Source of the DNA: Vulcanimicrobiota bacterium
Lineage (GTDB): Bacteria > Vulcanimicrobiota > Vulcanimicrobiia > Vulcanimicrobiales > Vulcanimicrobiaceae
Length of the DNA: 64,000 bases
Direction: 5' to 3'
Assembly (NCBI GenBank): GCA_963833095.1
Contig: CAWHWQ010000005.1
Coordinates: 96,001-160,000 of the forward strand
The notes below the pieces were generated by a model. That model did no database searches, was not told the origin of the DNA, and was given only the letters and a program-made list of their open reading frames with translations. Numbering within the stretch: position 1 is the first letter of the stretch; each line of letters starts with the position of its first letter. Positions 20,080 to 29,595 of the stretch are shown here, piece by piece. Position numbers and translations under genes: made by a program.

Positions 20080-21014
20080 ACGCCGACCGGTTACAGGAGG
20101 CTTTCGCCGCGCGCGGTTACATCGCCGACGACGACTTCGCGACGACCTTCGAGTTGATGCTCGCCCTTGGCAAACCACTGTTGATCGAAGGGCCGGCCGG
20201 CATCGGCAAGACCGAGAGCGCCAAAGTACTCGCCGAAGTTCTGGGAACGCGACTAATCCGGCTGCAGTGTTACGAGGGACTCGATGCGGCCAGCGCCCTC
20301 TACGAGTGGAACTACCCAAAACAACTCTTGCACCTCCGCGTGACCGAAGGACAGCATGATTCCGTGCAATCGCGCGAGGCGGAGATCTTCGGCGAAGCGT
20401 TCCTCTTGCGCCGACCGTTGCTCGAGGCGATCGTGCAAGAGCGCGCGCCGGTGTTGTTGATTGACGAGATCGATCGCGCCGATGAGGCCTTTGAGGCCTT
20501 TCTGCTCGAGGTTCTCGGCGAGTTTCAGGTGACGATTCCCGAAATCGGCACGATTCGCGCCAAAGAGCGTCCGGCCGTAATCGTGACGTCGAACCGTTCG
20601 CGCGACCTCTCCGACGCGCTGCGGCGGCGCTGTCTCTACCTCTGCATCGACTACCCGCCATACGAACGCGAGGTCGCAATTCTGCACGCGCGCTTGCCCG
20701 AGATAAACACGCGGCTCGCTGTCCAAATCGCGCGTTTCATGGAGTGGATGCGCGACCAGCCCTTTCAAAAGGTTCCAGGGACCGCCGAAAGCCTCGACTG
20801 GGCGCTTGCACTCGTGCGCCTGCATCGCGATGCGCTCGATGAACGAACGCTCGAAGCGACGTTGGGGTGCATCTTGAAACTGCAAGAAGATTGGGAGTTG
20901 CTCCGTTCGATGCACGCGCGTTACGAGCACTTGCTCACGCCGGATCCAAAGGCGCCGGCTGCGACGTCGCCGCCCGACCCCGACTACGGACTGGGCAGCG
21001 TCCGAGCGCATTAG
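20076..21014 (+). CDS. coxD: MoxR-family AAA+ ATPase CoxD
   Basis: GTG at 20076; EGPAGIGKTE, RLQCYEGLD...ALYEWNY.KQLL, LLIDEIDRAD, DALRRRC. Confidence 0.9.
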   Translation: MNADRLQEAFAARGYIADDDFATTFELMLALGKPLLIEGPAGIGKTESAKVLAEVLGTRLIRLQCYEGLDAASALYEWNYPKQLLHLRVTEGQHDSVQSREAEIFGEAFLLRRPLLEAIVQERAPVLLIDEIDRADEAFEAFLLEVLGEFQVTIPEIGTIRAKERPAVIVTSNRSRDLSDALRRRCLYLCIDYPPYEREVAILHARLPEINTRLAVQIARFMEWMRDQPFQKVPGTAESLDWALALVRLHRDALDERTLEATLGCILKLQEDWELLRSMHARYEHLLTPDPKAPAATSPPDPDYGLGSVRAH

Positions 21015-21025
21015 GGTTCCCTGAC

Positions 21026-22093
21026 ATGTCTGATCTCGCGAGTGCCACGCTCGAATTTTGCGAAATGCTCCGGCGCGAACACGACTTCGCCGTCGGCCGC
21101 GCGGAACTGCACGACGCGCTGCGCGCGACCGAGGCCATCGGCCTGCGCGAGCGTGGACGGTTGCGCGCCTCGCTGCGCGCCGTCTGTTGCTCGCGCCCCG
21201 AGGAGATCGCGACCTTCGATCGCGCGTTCGACGCCTTCTTCTCCAGTGGCCCCGAAGGTATACCGCAACCAAAACACGCGCGACGTTCACGCCCCGACGG
21301 CGGCGAAGAACCGCCACCGGAGCGCCAATCCACCTTCGCGCTCGAGGAAGAGAGCCTCGCGCAGCGCTGGCAATACCTGCAGGCGCGCTACAGTCCGGTC
21401 GAAGGCGCATCGCCTCCGCCGCCGATTCCGCTCGACGGTTATGACGATGCCGACGCGCTGGTGCAACGCCTGATCTCACGCATTCGCTTGGGCCGCTCAC
21501 GTCGCGTACGGCCGCAGCCGCATGGCCGGTACCTCGACCTTCGCCGTACCGTGCGCGCGAGTTTACAGACCGGCGGAGAAATCGTCGCGCTGCGCCGGCG
21601 CGGGTATCCGCTTCGCAATCCGCGTTTCGTCATGCTCATCGACGCAAGCCGCTCGATGAGCGAGCACACGCCGGCGGCGCTCCAGGTCGCCCAAGCGCTT
21701 CTGCGGCGCACACGACGCGCGAGCGCGTTCGTCTTTAGCACGGCGCTGCGCGAGATCACGCGCGACTTGCGGCGCAACCAACCCGTTACCAATACGGGCG
21801 AGGCCTGGGGCGGCGGCACCCGCATCGGGGCGAGCTTAAATACTTTTGTGCGCAACTTTGGGTCACGGCTCGACGATCATACGTACGTGATTCTGGTGAG
21901 CGATGGACTCGACGTCGGCGACATCCCGCAGCTCGACCATGCGATGCAAGAGATCGCGCGCCGAAGCGCCGCCATCGCGTGGGTCAACCCGCATGCCGCC
22001 GAGCCGGGCTTTACTCCGGCCACGCGCGGCATGCTGACCGCGCTGCCCTACCTAACGTCACTGACGGCGTGGGGCGGGCTTGCCGATGCGTGA
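21026..22093 (+). CDS. coxE: VWA-domain protein CoxE
   Basis: LDLRRTVRAS, MIDAS DASRSM, FVFST.L..IT, WGGGTRIGASL, LVSDGLD, WVNP. Confidence 0.88.
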   Translation: MSDLASATLEFCEMLRREHDFAVGRAELHDALRATEAIGLRERGRLRASLRAVCCSRPEEIATFDRAFDAFFSSGPEGIPQPKHARRSRPDGGEEPPPERQSTFALEEESLAQRWQYLQARYSPVEGASPPPPIPLDGYDDADALVQRLISRIRLGRSRRVRPQPHGRYLDLRRTVRASLQTGGEIVALRRRGYPLRNPRFVMLIDASRSMSEHTPAALQVAQALLRRTRRASAFVFSTALREITRDLRRNQPVTNTGEAWGGGTRIGASLNTFVRNFGSRLDDHTYVILVSDGLDVGDIPQLDHAMQEIARRSAAIAWVNPHAAEPGFTPATRGMLTALPYLTSLTAWGGLADA

Positions 22094-22982
22094 GGTCTTT
22101 GCAACCGCCGCCGCATGGCTCGACGAAGGCACGCCTTTTGCGCTCGCTACACTGTCCGAATTGCATGCCGCCAAAACCGCGCCGATCGGCACGACGATTG
22201 CCGTGAACGGCGACGGACGCATCGTGGGAAACATCGGCGCCGGCTGTTATGAGAGCGAGATCATCGAAACCGCGCAACAAACGTTAGCTGACGGCGTCAC
22301 GCGTTCGCTGGATGTCAATCTCGACAATGATGACGAACTCGCCGGTGGAACCGCCTGCGGTGCGGTGATGCGTCTCGTGATCTGGCGACCGCAAGCGGCC
22401 TTCCTCGATGACGCGCGCGCCATTGCCGGCGGCGAACGCTCGGTTACGCTGCGAATCGGCGGTTTCGAGCACATCGTTCCTGCGAAAGAGACCTTGATTC
22501 TGATTGGGGCCACGTCGCTCGCCGCCGATTTGGCGGCCGTTGCCCGGCGCATGGACTTCTGCGTCATCGTGGTCGATCCGCGCCCGGCCTTCGCAACGCC
22601 GCAACGGGTCCCGGATGCGCACGTCATCGTACGCGAATGGCCCGACGACTATCTCCCGCGCGTGCTCTCGTCGCACACGGCGATTGTCGTGCTCTCGCAC
22701 GACCCGAAGTTCGATCTTCCGGCGCTGCGCTGCGCCCTGCGCTCGAACGCCTCATATATCGGATTGTTGGGAAGCCGTCGCGCGCAAACCGCACGGCGCG
22801 CGGCGCTGCGCGCCGAGGGCTTCGACGAAGCGGCGCTCGAGCGCGTCCACGGTCCCGTCGGCCTTGATATCGGCGGCGCCACGACCGCCGAAACGGCGAT
22901 TTCGATTCTCGCGGAGATCGTAGCTGTGCGCAGCGGCCGTCGCGGAACGCCGTTGCTCTCCGCAAGCGGCGCGATACATTAG
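22086..22982 (+). CDS. XdhC/CoxI-family Mo-cofactor insertion protein (second copy)
   Basis: FALATL, GNIGAGCYE, ACGAVM, DPRPAFA, LSHDPKFD.PAL, YIGLLGSRR, GPVGLDIGG.T.AETAISILAEI. Confidence 0.85.
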   Translation: MREVFATAAAWLDEGTPFALATLSELHAAKTAPIGTTIAVNGDGRIVGNIGAGCYESEIIETAQQTLADGVTRSLDVNLDNDDELAGGTACGAVMRLVIWRPQAAFLDDARAIAGGERSVTLRIGGFEHIVPAKETLILIGATSLAADLAAVARRMDFCVIVVDPRPAFATPQRVPDAHVIVREWPDDYLPRVLSSHTAIVVLSHDPKFDLPALRCALRSNASYIGLLGSRRAQTARRAALRAEGFDEAALERVHGPVGLDIGGATTAETAISILAEIVAVRSGRRGTPLLSASGAIH

Positions 22983-22984
22983 CG

Positions 22985-23662
22985 ATGGCGCGCGACGCGG
23001 ACTACGCACTGATGCCGCTCCTCTTCGGCCTGACCTTCATCTCGGGCATGGTCGACGCGGTGAGCTTTTTGCGTCTCGGCCACACCTTCGTAGCGAACAT
23101 GACCGGCAACCTGGTGCTGCTCGGTTTTGCAATTGGGGGCGCGAAGGGCATCTCGATCGTCGGTTCGCTGGTGGCGATCGCCGCGTTCATGGTCGGCGGC
23201 ATCATCGGCGGCCGGCTTAACCGGCGCCACGGCGAGAATGGCGCGCATCTGCTCTCGGTGACGACCTTCGTCAAGATCTTTTTCATGTTGGGAGCGGCAG
23301 CGATTGCCTGGTTTTTCGGCTACGAAGGTTTCGTTGCTTACGGGTTGACAGGAGTGCTCGCCATCTCGATGGGCCTGCAAAATGCGGTGGTCCGCGGCAT
23401 CGGTATTGCAGATATCACGACGACGGTCGTAACGCAGACGATCATCAGCATCGCCATGGACTCGACGCTCGCCGGCGGGACGAACACACGCGTGCGCCGC
23501 CGCGTCACCGCGGTCGTGGTCATGTTTGCCGGCGCGCTCATCGGCGCCATCATCGTTCTGCGATTGGGCGTCCCCGCCGCGCTCATTGGTGCGGCGATTG
23601 CGCTTGCCATCGTCTCTGCCTGGGGATGGAGGCTCAAACAGCTCTCGCAACCGCAACCCTGA
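22985..23662 (+). CDS. YoaK/DUF1275-family membrane protein
   Basis: GMVDAVSFL.LGHTFVANMTGN, MGLQNA, TTTVVT. Confidence 0.88.
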   Translation: MARDADYALMPLLFGLTFISGMVDAVSFLRLGHTFVANMTGNLVLLGFAIGGAKGISIVGSLVAIAAFMVGGIIGGRLNRRHGENGAHLLSVTTFVKIFFMLGAAAIAWFFGYEGFVAYGLTGVLAISMGLQNAVVRGIGIADITTTVVTQTIISIAMDSTLAGGTNTRVRRRVTAVVVMFAGALIGAIIVLRLGVPAALIGAAIALAIVSAWGWRLKQLSQPQP

Positions 23663-23688
23663 CACAATAATCGCGGGTCGGGGCGAAT

Positions 23689-24129
23689 ATGGCACAAGAT
23701 CAAATCGTTCGCACCGCTAACGTCAAATGGGTCGGCGACGTGGCCAAGGGCCACGGAGACATCACGACGGCCAGCGGGAAAGTCTCGGCCTCGTATTCGT
23801 TCGGCACGCGCTTTTCGACCGATCCCGGGACCAATCCCGAAGAATTGCTCGCCGCGTCGCACGCTGCGTGCTTCACCATGGCAACCAGCGCGGTGCTTAC
23901 GCGCGCCGGTCATGCACCCACCTCGCTCGATACGACCGCAACGGTGCATCTCGAACGCGCGGGGGAGGGCTACAAGATTCCCAAGATCGAACTGGCGATC
24001 ACCGGTGTGGTCCCGGGAGTCACGGCCGACGAATTCTCAACCTACGCAAAGCAAGCGGAGGCATCGTGTCCGATCAGCAACGCGCTGCGCGCGGTACCGA
24101 TCAGCGTTTCGGCAACGCTAGCGTCCTAA
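23689..24129 (+). CDS. osmC: OsmC peroxiredoxin
   Basis: W.G....G.G, YSFGTRF...PGTNPEELLAASHAACFTMA...CPISNAL. Confidence 0.92.
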   Translation: MAQDQIVRTANVKWVGDVAKGHGDITTASGKVSASYSFGTRFSTDPGTNPEELLAASHAACFTMATSAVLTRAGHAPTSLDTTATVHLERAGEGYKIPKIELAITGVVPGVTADEFSTYAKQAEASCPISNALRAVPISVSATLAS

Positions 24130-24587
24130 GCGTCGCGCGAGTGGCCGCGCCCGCCGAATTTCTCGAGCTGCACCGGCTTCTCACGGTGTACGAAATCGAT
24201 CTCCCCGAAGCGCTTCGGCATGGCGCCGTGCCCGAGGTTTCGGAGCTCGCGGCGCTCTACGGCGCGCCGAACGCTGCGTTTATCGCGCGCCTCGATGAAG
24301 CCGGCGTCGGCTGCGTGGTGTGCACGTCGCAGGACAGCGCGACGGCCGTGCTCGCCCGCCTCTACGTCGAACCGCACGCACGGAAGGCCGGCACCGGCCG
24401 AGCGCTCGTCAATGCAGTGATCGATTTCGCGCGCGGGGACGGCTTCGAACGTGTCGTGCTCGATACTCACAGCGAACTGCTTGCGCCCGCCTATCGGCTT
24501 TACAACTCGCTCGGGTTTACTGAATATCAGCCCGCGTGTGGCGCCGAAGACGCGTTGTGCTCGACATTTATGGAGTTGCGGCTCTAG
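24066..24587 (+). CDS. GNAT-family N-acetyltransferase
   Basis: GVGCV, LARLYVEPHARKAGTGRALV (motif A), VVLDT, AYRLYNSLGF. Start uncertain: GTG 24066 has a GGAGG RBS but overlaps osmC; alternative GTG 24141. Confidence 0.8.
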   Translation: MSDQQRAARGTDQRFGNASVLSVARVAAPAEFLELHRLLTVYEIDLPEALRHGAVPEVSELAALYGAPNAAFIARLDEAGVGCVVCTSQDSATAVLARLYVEPHARKAGTGRALVNAVIDFARGDGFERVVLDTHSELLAPAYRLYNSLGFTEYQPACGAEDALCSTFMELRL

Positions 24588-25051
24588 CTCGAGGGTCGAG
24601 CCTTGAACGCGGCGCGGGATTCGATGTCACGCTTGATATCGAGCAGAAACTCTCGGGCGGTCGCCTGTGCGATCGCAAATCCAATCAGCTCGTCGAAAAC
24701 TTGACCTGCAGCGCCGAGCGGGGGCGTATAGTGCCCGCGCAACTCTATGAAGCTTTTCGCCGGATCATCCTCGCCCCAGGCGAGCAACGTACCCTCGAAG
24801 CGCGGGAAGATGACCGTACCTTCGGGCTCCCACGCGATACGAACGAGATTGTTGAGATTGCCCTCATCGCGGCCCTCACGCGCTTCTATGCGAACCTCGC
24901 GATCCAGCGAAAGCGCGCCGTCCATCGAAACACGAAGGCGCATCCGCGTCAACCCGTTTGCGTCCTCCCGGGCCGCGAAGAATGCGCGCAGACCGGCCTC
25001 GGTCTGTTCTACCGGGGATTCGAGAGCAGCCCGCTCGCGAAGTTCCTTCAT
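24584..25051 (-). CDS. Uncharacterised SRPBCC/START-like protein, paralog 1
   Basis: Start MKELRE at 25051; W.P...FP.F.G.L...L.G.YTPPLGAAG..FD...G..IA..TA motif shared with 35051-35530 and 39034-39453. Confidence 0.75.
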   Translation of the reverse strand: MKELRERAALESPVEQTEAGLRAFFAAREDANGLTRMRLRVSMDGALSLDREVRIEAREGRDEGNLNNLVRIAWEPEGTVIFPRFEGTLLAWGEDDPAKSFIELRGHYTPPLGAAGQVFDELIGFAIAQATAREFLLDIKRDIESRAAFKARPSS

Positions 25052-25068
25052 CCCGTGACCGTACCAGA

Positions 25069-25090
25069 GACCGGGGAACGACCGGGGAAC
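25069..25090. repeat. Tandem 11-bp direct repeat in the divergent xfp/paralog-1 promoter region
   Basis: GACCGGGGAAC at 25069-25079 and 25080-25090. Confidence 0.7.
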
Positions 25091-25130
25091 AGGCGTTCTC
25101 CGATTATTCATAACGCGTGCGTAGGGTGGG

Positions 25131-27542
25131 ATGGTGGACGAAAGCTTTATCCAACTCGACGCCTACTGGCGGGCAGCAAACTACATCAGCGCCGGACAGA
25201 TCTACTTGCTCGACCGCAACCCGCTGCTGCGCCGATCGCTGACGCCCGCCGACATCAAGCCGCGCCTGCTCGGCCACTGGGGAACGACACCAGGTCTGAA
25301 TTTCGTCTACGCGCATCTCAATCGGGCGATAATGAGGCGCGATCTCGACGTCGTGTTCATGGCCGGACCCGGTCACGGCGGCCCGGCGCTGCTCGCCAAC
25401 GCCTACCTCGAAGGGACCTACAGCGAGCTCTATCCTAACGTGCCGCAGAACGCGGGCGGGCTCGGTCGACTCTTCAAACAGTTTTCGTTCCCCGGCGGCG
25501 TTCCCAGCCACGCCTCGCCCACGACGCCCGGCTCCATTCACGAAGGTGGCGAGCTGGGCTATGTGCTTTCGCACGCCTTCGGAGCCGTCTTCGACAACCC
25601 GGATCTGCTCGTGTGCGCGGTCGTCGGCGACGGCGAAGCCGAGACCGGTCCGCTTGCGACCGCGTGGCATTCGAACAAGTTTTTAAATCCCGCGCGTGAC
25701 GGCGCGGTGCTGCCGGTGCTGCACCTCAACGGTTATAAGATTTCCGGTCCCACAGTGCTGGCGCGCATCCCCGACGACGAATTGATCGCGCTCTTCCGGG
25801 GCTATGGCTACGACCCGGTAATCGTTGAGGGCGACCAACCCACGATGATGCACCCGTTGATGGCGGCAGTCCTCGATCGCGCGCTCGATCGCATTCGTTC
25901 GATTCAGCGCGTAGCGCGTATCCACGGATTCCGCGAGCGCGACACCTGGCCGATGATCATCCTGCGCACACCCAAAGGCTGGACCGGACCAAAGGTCGTC
26001 GACGGCGTCCCCATCGAGGGCACGTTCCGGGCGCACCAAGTCCCATTGCTCGAAGTGCGCGAGAAGCCCGAACACTTGGCCATGCTCGAAGCCTGGATGC
26101 GGAGCTATCGTCCCGAAAAGCTCTTCGATCATGAGGGTTGCCCGGTTGCGTATGTACGCGAGGCCGCGCCGCGCGGCACTCGGCGCATGAGCGCCAACCC
26201 ACACGCCAACGGCGGCGCATTGCTACGCGAGTTGCAGATGCCGGCCTTCGCCGACTACGCGGTGAACGTCCCGGCTCCGGGCGCCGTGCGCGCCGAAGCG
26301 ACACGCGCGCTTGGGCCGATGCTGCGCGACATCATGCGCGAGAATAGCGATCGCTTCCGCATAATGAGTCCAGACGAAACGACTTCGAATCGACTCGAAG
26401 CACTCTTCGAAGTGACCAATCGCTGTTCGGTCGCGCAGATCGTTCCCGGCGACGATCACGTCGCGCCCGATGGCCGCGTGATGGAAGTCTTGAGCGAACA
26501 CCAGTGTGAAGGCTGGCTCGAGGGCTATCTTCTCACCGGGCGACACGGCATCTTCCCCTGCTACGAAGCCTTCATTCATATCGTCGACTCAATGGTCAAT
26601 CAGCATGCGAAGTGGATCAAGATGGCGCGCGAGGTCCCCTGGCGCCGCCCAATCGCCTCGCTGAATTATCTGCTCACCTCACACGTGTGGCGCCAGGATC
26701 ATAACGGATTCAGCCATCAAGATCCGGGCTTCATCGATCATATCATCAACAAGAAGGCCGACACGGTGCGCGTGTATTTGCCCCCCGACGCCAACACGCT
26801 GCTCTCGGTCGCCGATCATTGTCTACGCAGCCGCGACTACATCAACGTTATCGTCTCCGGCAAACAGCCCGAATGGCAATGGCTCGACATCGAAGCAGCG
26901 GTGCGTCACTGCATGCAAGGCGCGAGCATCTGGGACTGGGCATCCGGCGACGACGGCTTGGAGCCCGACGTCGTCATGGCCTGCGCCGGGGACGTGCCGA
27001 CGCTGGAAACGCTAGCAGCGGTCGCCTTCCTACGCACCCACGTTCCCGAACTGCGCGTGCGCGTGGTCAATGTTGTTGATCTGATGGCGCTCGAGTCGCG
27101 CGATCAGCATCCGCACGGTTTGAGTGATGAGGTCTTCAGCTCACTTTTCAGCGAGAATTCGCCCGTGATCTTCGCTTTTCACGGGTACCCGGCGTTGATT
27201 CACCGCTTGACGTACAAGCGGCCCAATCATGACAATTTCCACGTCCATGGCTATCGTGAGGAAGGATCGACTACGACGCCGTTCGACATGACGGTACGCA
27301 ATCAGCTCGACCGCTTCCATCTCGCTGCCGACGCGATCGATCGAGCTCCACGTCTAGGCGATCGCGGTGCCCACGCACAACAGTTCATCCGCAATAAGCT
27401 CAACGAGCACCTTGCGTATATCGAGCGCTACGGCGAAGACATGCCCGAGATTCGCGACTGGTCCTGGCCCAACGCGCGTTCGATGGCGGCGAGCAGTTCA
27501 CGTGGCTCCGCCGGCTTGGGCAGCGCGCTCGCTACGCCGTAG
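25131..27542 (+). CDS. xfp: Xylulose-5-phosphate/fructose-6-phosphate phosphoketolase
   Basis: [36 protein letters not shown] motif [48 protein letters not shown]. Possible alternative GTG start 25134. Confidence 0.96.
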   Translation: MVDESFIQLDAYWRAANYISAGQIYLLDRNPLLRRSLTPADIKPRLLGHWGTTPGLNFVYAHLNRAIMRRDLDVVFMAGPGHGGPALLANAYLEGTYSELYPNVPQNAGGLGRLFKQFSFPGGVPSHASPTTPGSIHEGGELGYVLSHAFGAVFDNPDLLVCAVVGDGEAETGPLATAWHSNKFLNPARDGAVLPVLHLNGYKISGPTVLARIPDDELIALFRGYGYDPVIVEGDQPTMMHPLMAAVLDRALDRIRSIQRVARIHGFRERDTWPMIILRTPKGWTGPKVVDGVPIEGTFRAHQVPLLEVREKPEHLAMLEAWMRSYRPEKLFDHEGCPVAYVREAAPRGTRRMSANPHANGGALLRELQMPAFADYAVNVPAPGAVRAEATRALGPMLRDIMRENSDRFRIMSPDETTSNRLEALFEVTNRCSVAQIVPGDDHVAPDGRVMEVLSEHQCEGWLEGYLLTGRHGIFPCYEAFIHIVDSMVNQHAKWIKMAREVPWRRPIASLNYLLTSHVWRQDHNGFSHQDPGFIDHIINKKADTVRVYLPPDANTLLSVADHCLRSRDYINVIVSGKQPEWQWLDIEAAVRHCMQGASIWDWASGDDGLEPDVVMACAGDVPTLETLAAVAFLRTHVPELRVRVVNVVDLMALESRDQHPHGLSDEVFSSLFSENSPVIFAFHGYPALIHRLTYKRPNHDNFHVHGYREEGSTTTPFDMTVRNQLDRFHLAADAIDRAPRLGDRGAHAQQFIRNKLNEHLAYIERYGEDMPEIRDWSWPNARSMAASSSRGSAGLGSALATP

Positions 27543-27829
27543 ATCTCCATGAAGTCTCGCATCGCGGCATCGATCGTGCTTGCGGTATACAGCGCGACGC
27601 GAAGCGGCCGTGTTCGCTCGTCGGCACGCAGCGCGCGAAGAAACTGCGGTCCGCTCATCCCCGGCAGCGAGAGATCGGTGATAACGAGGTCGGGCTGACG
27701 TTCGAGAGCGAGCTCGAGGCCTTGCTCGCCGCTCGAAGCTTCGAGTGCGGTGTGACCGCCATGCGCGAGCAGCGTGGTGACCAGCAGGCGCGCGTTGGGA
27801 TCGTCGTCGACGATCAGCACGCATGCCAT
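27428..27829 (-). CDS. Single-domain response regulator (CheY-like)
   Basis: [30 protein letters not shown]; 3' end overlaps xfp by 115 bp. Confidence 0.88.
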   Translation of the reverse strand: MACVLIVDDDPNARLLVTTLLAHGGHTALEASSGEQGLELALERQPDLVITDLSLPGMSGPQFLRALRADERTRPLRVALYTASTIDAAMRDFMEIYGVASALPKPAEPRELLAAIERALGQDQSRISGMSSP

Positions 27830-28203
27830 CAGTGGTTCTTCCGATCCAGAAACGCTTGGACGTGCGCAACGAACGTGCGCGGTTCGATCGGTTTTGCGAT
27901 ATAGCCGTCGAAACCGGCTTGCGCGATACGCTCGCGGTCGCCCGACATGGCCAGTGCCGTCACCGCGACCAGTGGCGTCGAGGACACATGCGATTCACTC
28001 TTGAAGCGGCGCGCAAATTCGTAGCCGTCGATGCCGGGCATCAAGATGTCGGTCAGAACGATAGCGAATTCACCGGAAAGCGCTGCTTGGAGCCCGATCA
28101 AAGCGTCCCCATGTCCCTCCGCGTCGTAACGGAAGGCTCGCAGCAGATAGAGCATCAGATCGAGGTTGACGGCGTTGTCGTCGACGACGAGGACGCGCGA
28201 CAC
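27829..28203 (-). CDS. Single-domain response regulator (DivK-like)
   Basis: VLVVDDN..N, VLTDILMPGIDG, VAVTALAMSGDRERI..AGFDGYIAKPI. Confidence 0.92.
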   Translation of the reverse strand: MSRVLVVDDNAVNLDLMLYLLRAFRYDAEGHGDALIGLQAALSGEFAIVLTDILMPGIDGYEFARRFKSESHVSSTPLVAVTALAMSGDRERIAQAGFDGYIAKPIEPRTFVAHVQAFLDRKNH

Positions 28204-28206
28204 GTG

Positions 28207-29361
28207 CTACCGCGCCCGCGGAAGCGTGAACGTAAACGTACTTCCCTTCCCCGGCTGGCTGGTGACGGTCAGCTCCCCGCCGAGCAAGTCCGCGAGATTG
28301 CGGCACAGATATAAGCCAAGACCCGTGCCCTCGAAGCGGCGCGTGCTCGAACGATCGAGCTGTTCGAAGGCCTTGAAGAGACGCTCCTGATCTTCGGGCT
28401 TGATTCCGATGCCGGTATCGCTCACGCAAAACGCGACGGCAGGCTGTTCGTTGTGGTTTGTCGCCGAGACGTCGATATGTACCGATCCGGCTTCTGTGTA
28501 CTTGAGCGCATTGTTGGTCAGGTTCAAGAGAATCTGCGCGAGTGCGCGCCGGTCCGTCGCGATGGGCTTCCCGTCGTCAACGACATGGGTGGTGAATTCG
28601 ATCCGCTTCTCGGCCGCAAGTGCGGCCATCGCGGATGACACCTCTTCAACGACCTCTTTGGCCGAGATCAACTCAACGGTAAGCTCGGTCTTCCCTGACT
28701 CGATCTTTGCAAGGTCGAGTATGTCGTTGATCAACGAGAGCAGATGGCGCGCGCTCGACTGCACGATTTCGAGTTGCCGTTCTTGCTCGGGCGAAAGGGG
28801 TCCGGGCAATTGCATCAAGAGCGTGCCGGTAAAGCCGATGATCGCATTGAGCGGCGTACGTAGCTCGTGACTCATAGACGCTAGAAATGAATCCTTCGCC
28901 CGATTCGCGTCTTCGAGTGCGGTGTTGAGCTCACGTAGCTGGCGTTCGAGCGTTTTGCGTTCCGTCGAGTCGCGAATCGAAGCCGACACGAAGGTCCCTT
29001 CGCGGGTCGAGATCGGGCTCAAGCTGATTTCGACGGGAAACTCGGTGCCATTCTTGCGTAGGCCGTTCAACTCAAGGCCGACGCCCATCGGGCGCACGTG
29101 CGGATCGCCGTAATAGCCCTTGCGCTCGCCCACGTGTCTACTATGGTAACGCGCCGGAATCAGCATCTCGATCGGATGCCCAAGCAGTTCTTCGCGATAG
29201 TATCCAAAGAGCCGTTCGGTCTGCGCGTTCACCAGCCGAATCTTGCCATCGGCATCGACGAGGATTGTCGCGTCGGGCGCGTACTCGAGCAGCGGAAAGC
29301 GGCTTCCCGCTAAATCCGCAAGCGAGAACGTTACTTCACCGGCCGTTTGCGAAGGATCCAT
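28207..29361 (-). CDS. Cytoplasmic PAS-domain sensor histidine kinase
   Basis: Start MDPSQ at 29361; PAS (APDA...VN...ERLFGY...RK.G.EFPVEISLSP...RD.TERK); H box SHELRTPLN, N box NLTNNALKYT, DTGIGI, GTGLGL; no TM segment. Confidence 0.93.
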   Translation of the reverse strand: MDPSQTAGEVTFSLADLAGSRFPLLEYAPDATILVDADGKIRLVNAQTERLFGYYREELLGHPIEMLIPARYHSRHVGERKGYYGDPHVRPMGVGLELNGLRKNGTEFPVEISLSPISTREGTFVSASIRDSTERKTLERQLRELNTALEDANRAKDSFLASMSHELRTPLNAIIGFTGTLLMQLPGPLSPEQERQLEIVQSSARHLLSLINDILDLAKIESGKTELTVELISAKEVVEEVSSAMAALAAEKRIEFTTHVVDDGKPIATDRRALAQILLNLTNNALKYTEAGSVHIDVSATNHNEQPAVAFCVSDTGIGIKPEDQERLFKAFEQLDRSSTRRFEGTGLGLYLCRNLADLLGGELTVTSQPGKGSTFTFTLPRAR

Positions 29362-29415
29362 AGCTCTTTTCAACCGCGGTAGGGCTTCCCAGGCGTGGTC
29401 GCGGAGTAGCCCATC

Positions 29416-29595
29416 GTGGGAACAAACAACCTGCGGCACGATCTGGGCAATCTCCTCGGTGTCGCGCTCGCCAACGTCGAGGGCATGATCGACGGGATCG
29501 TTCCGACTACTAAGGAGCGGCTCGAGGTCGTCGCCGACTCGCTGCGACGCTCCGCTGAACTGGTAGCGAGACTGCGCAACGACGGAAAGGATTAG
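29416..29595 (+). CDS. Stand-alone HisKA/DHp-like microprotein (59 aa, absent from the ORF track)
   Basis: GGAG at 29403-29406, GTG 29416, TAG 29593-29595; translates to MGTNNLRHDLGNLLGVALANVEGMIDGIVPTTKERLEVVADSLRRSAELVARLRNDGKD; fills the gap between the kinase and ackA. Confidence 0.72.
   Translation: MGTNNLRHDLGNLLGVALANVEGMIDGIVPTTKERLEVVADSLRRSAELVARLRNDGKD

Noticed and set aside
25087..25098. GAAC-N4-GTTC resembling a Gram-positive LexA box
   Set aside because: It lies upstream of xfp rather than a repair gene, lacks the flanking C/G consensus, and no such box precedes the SRAP gene; better explained by the local motif.
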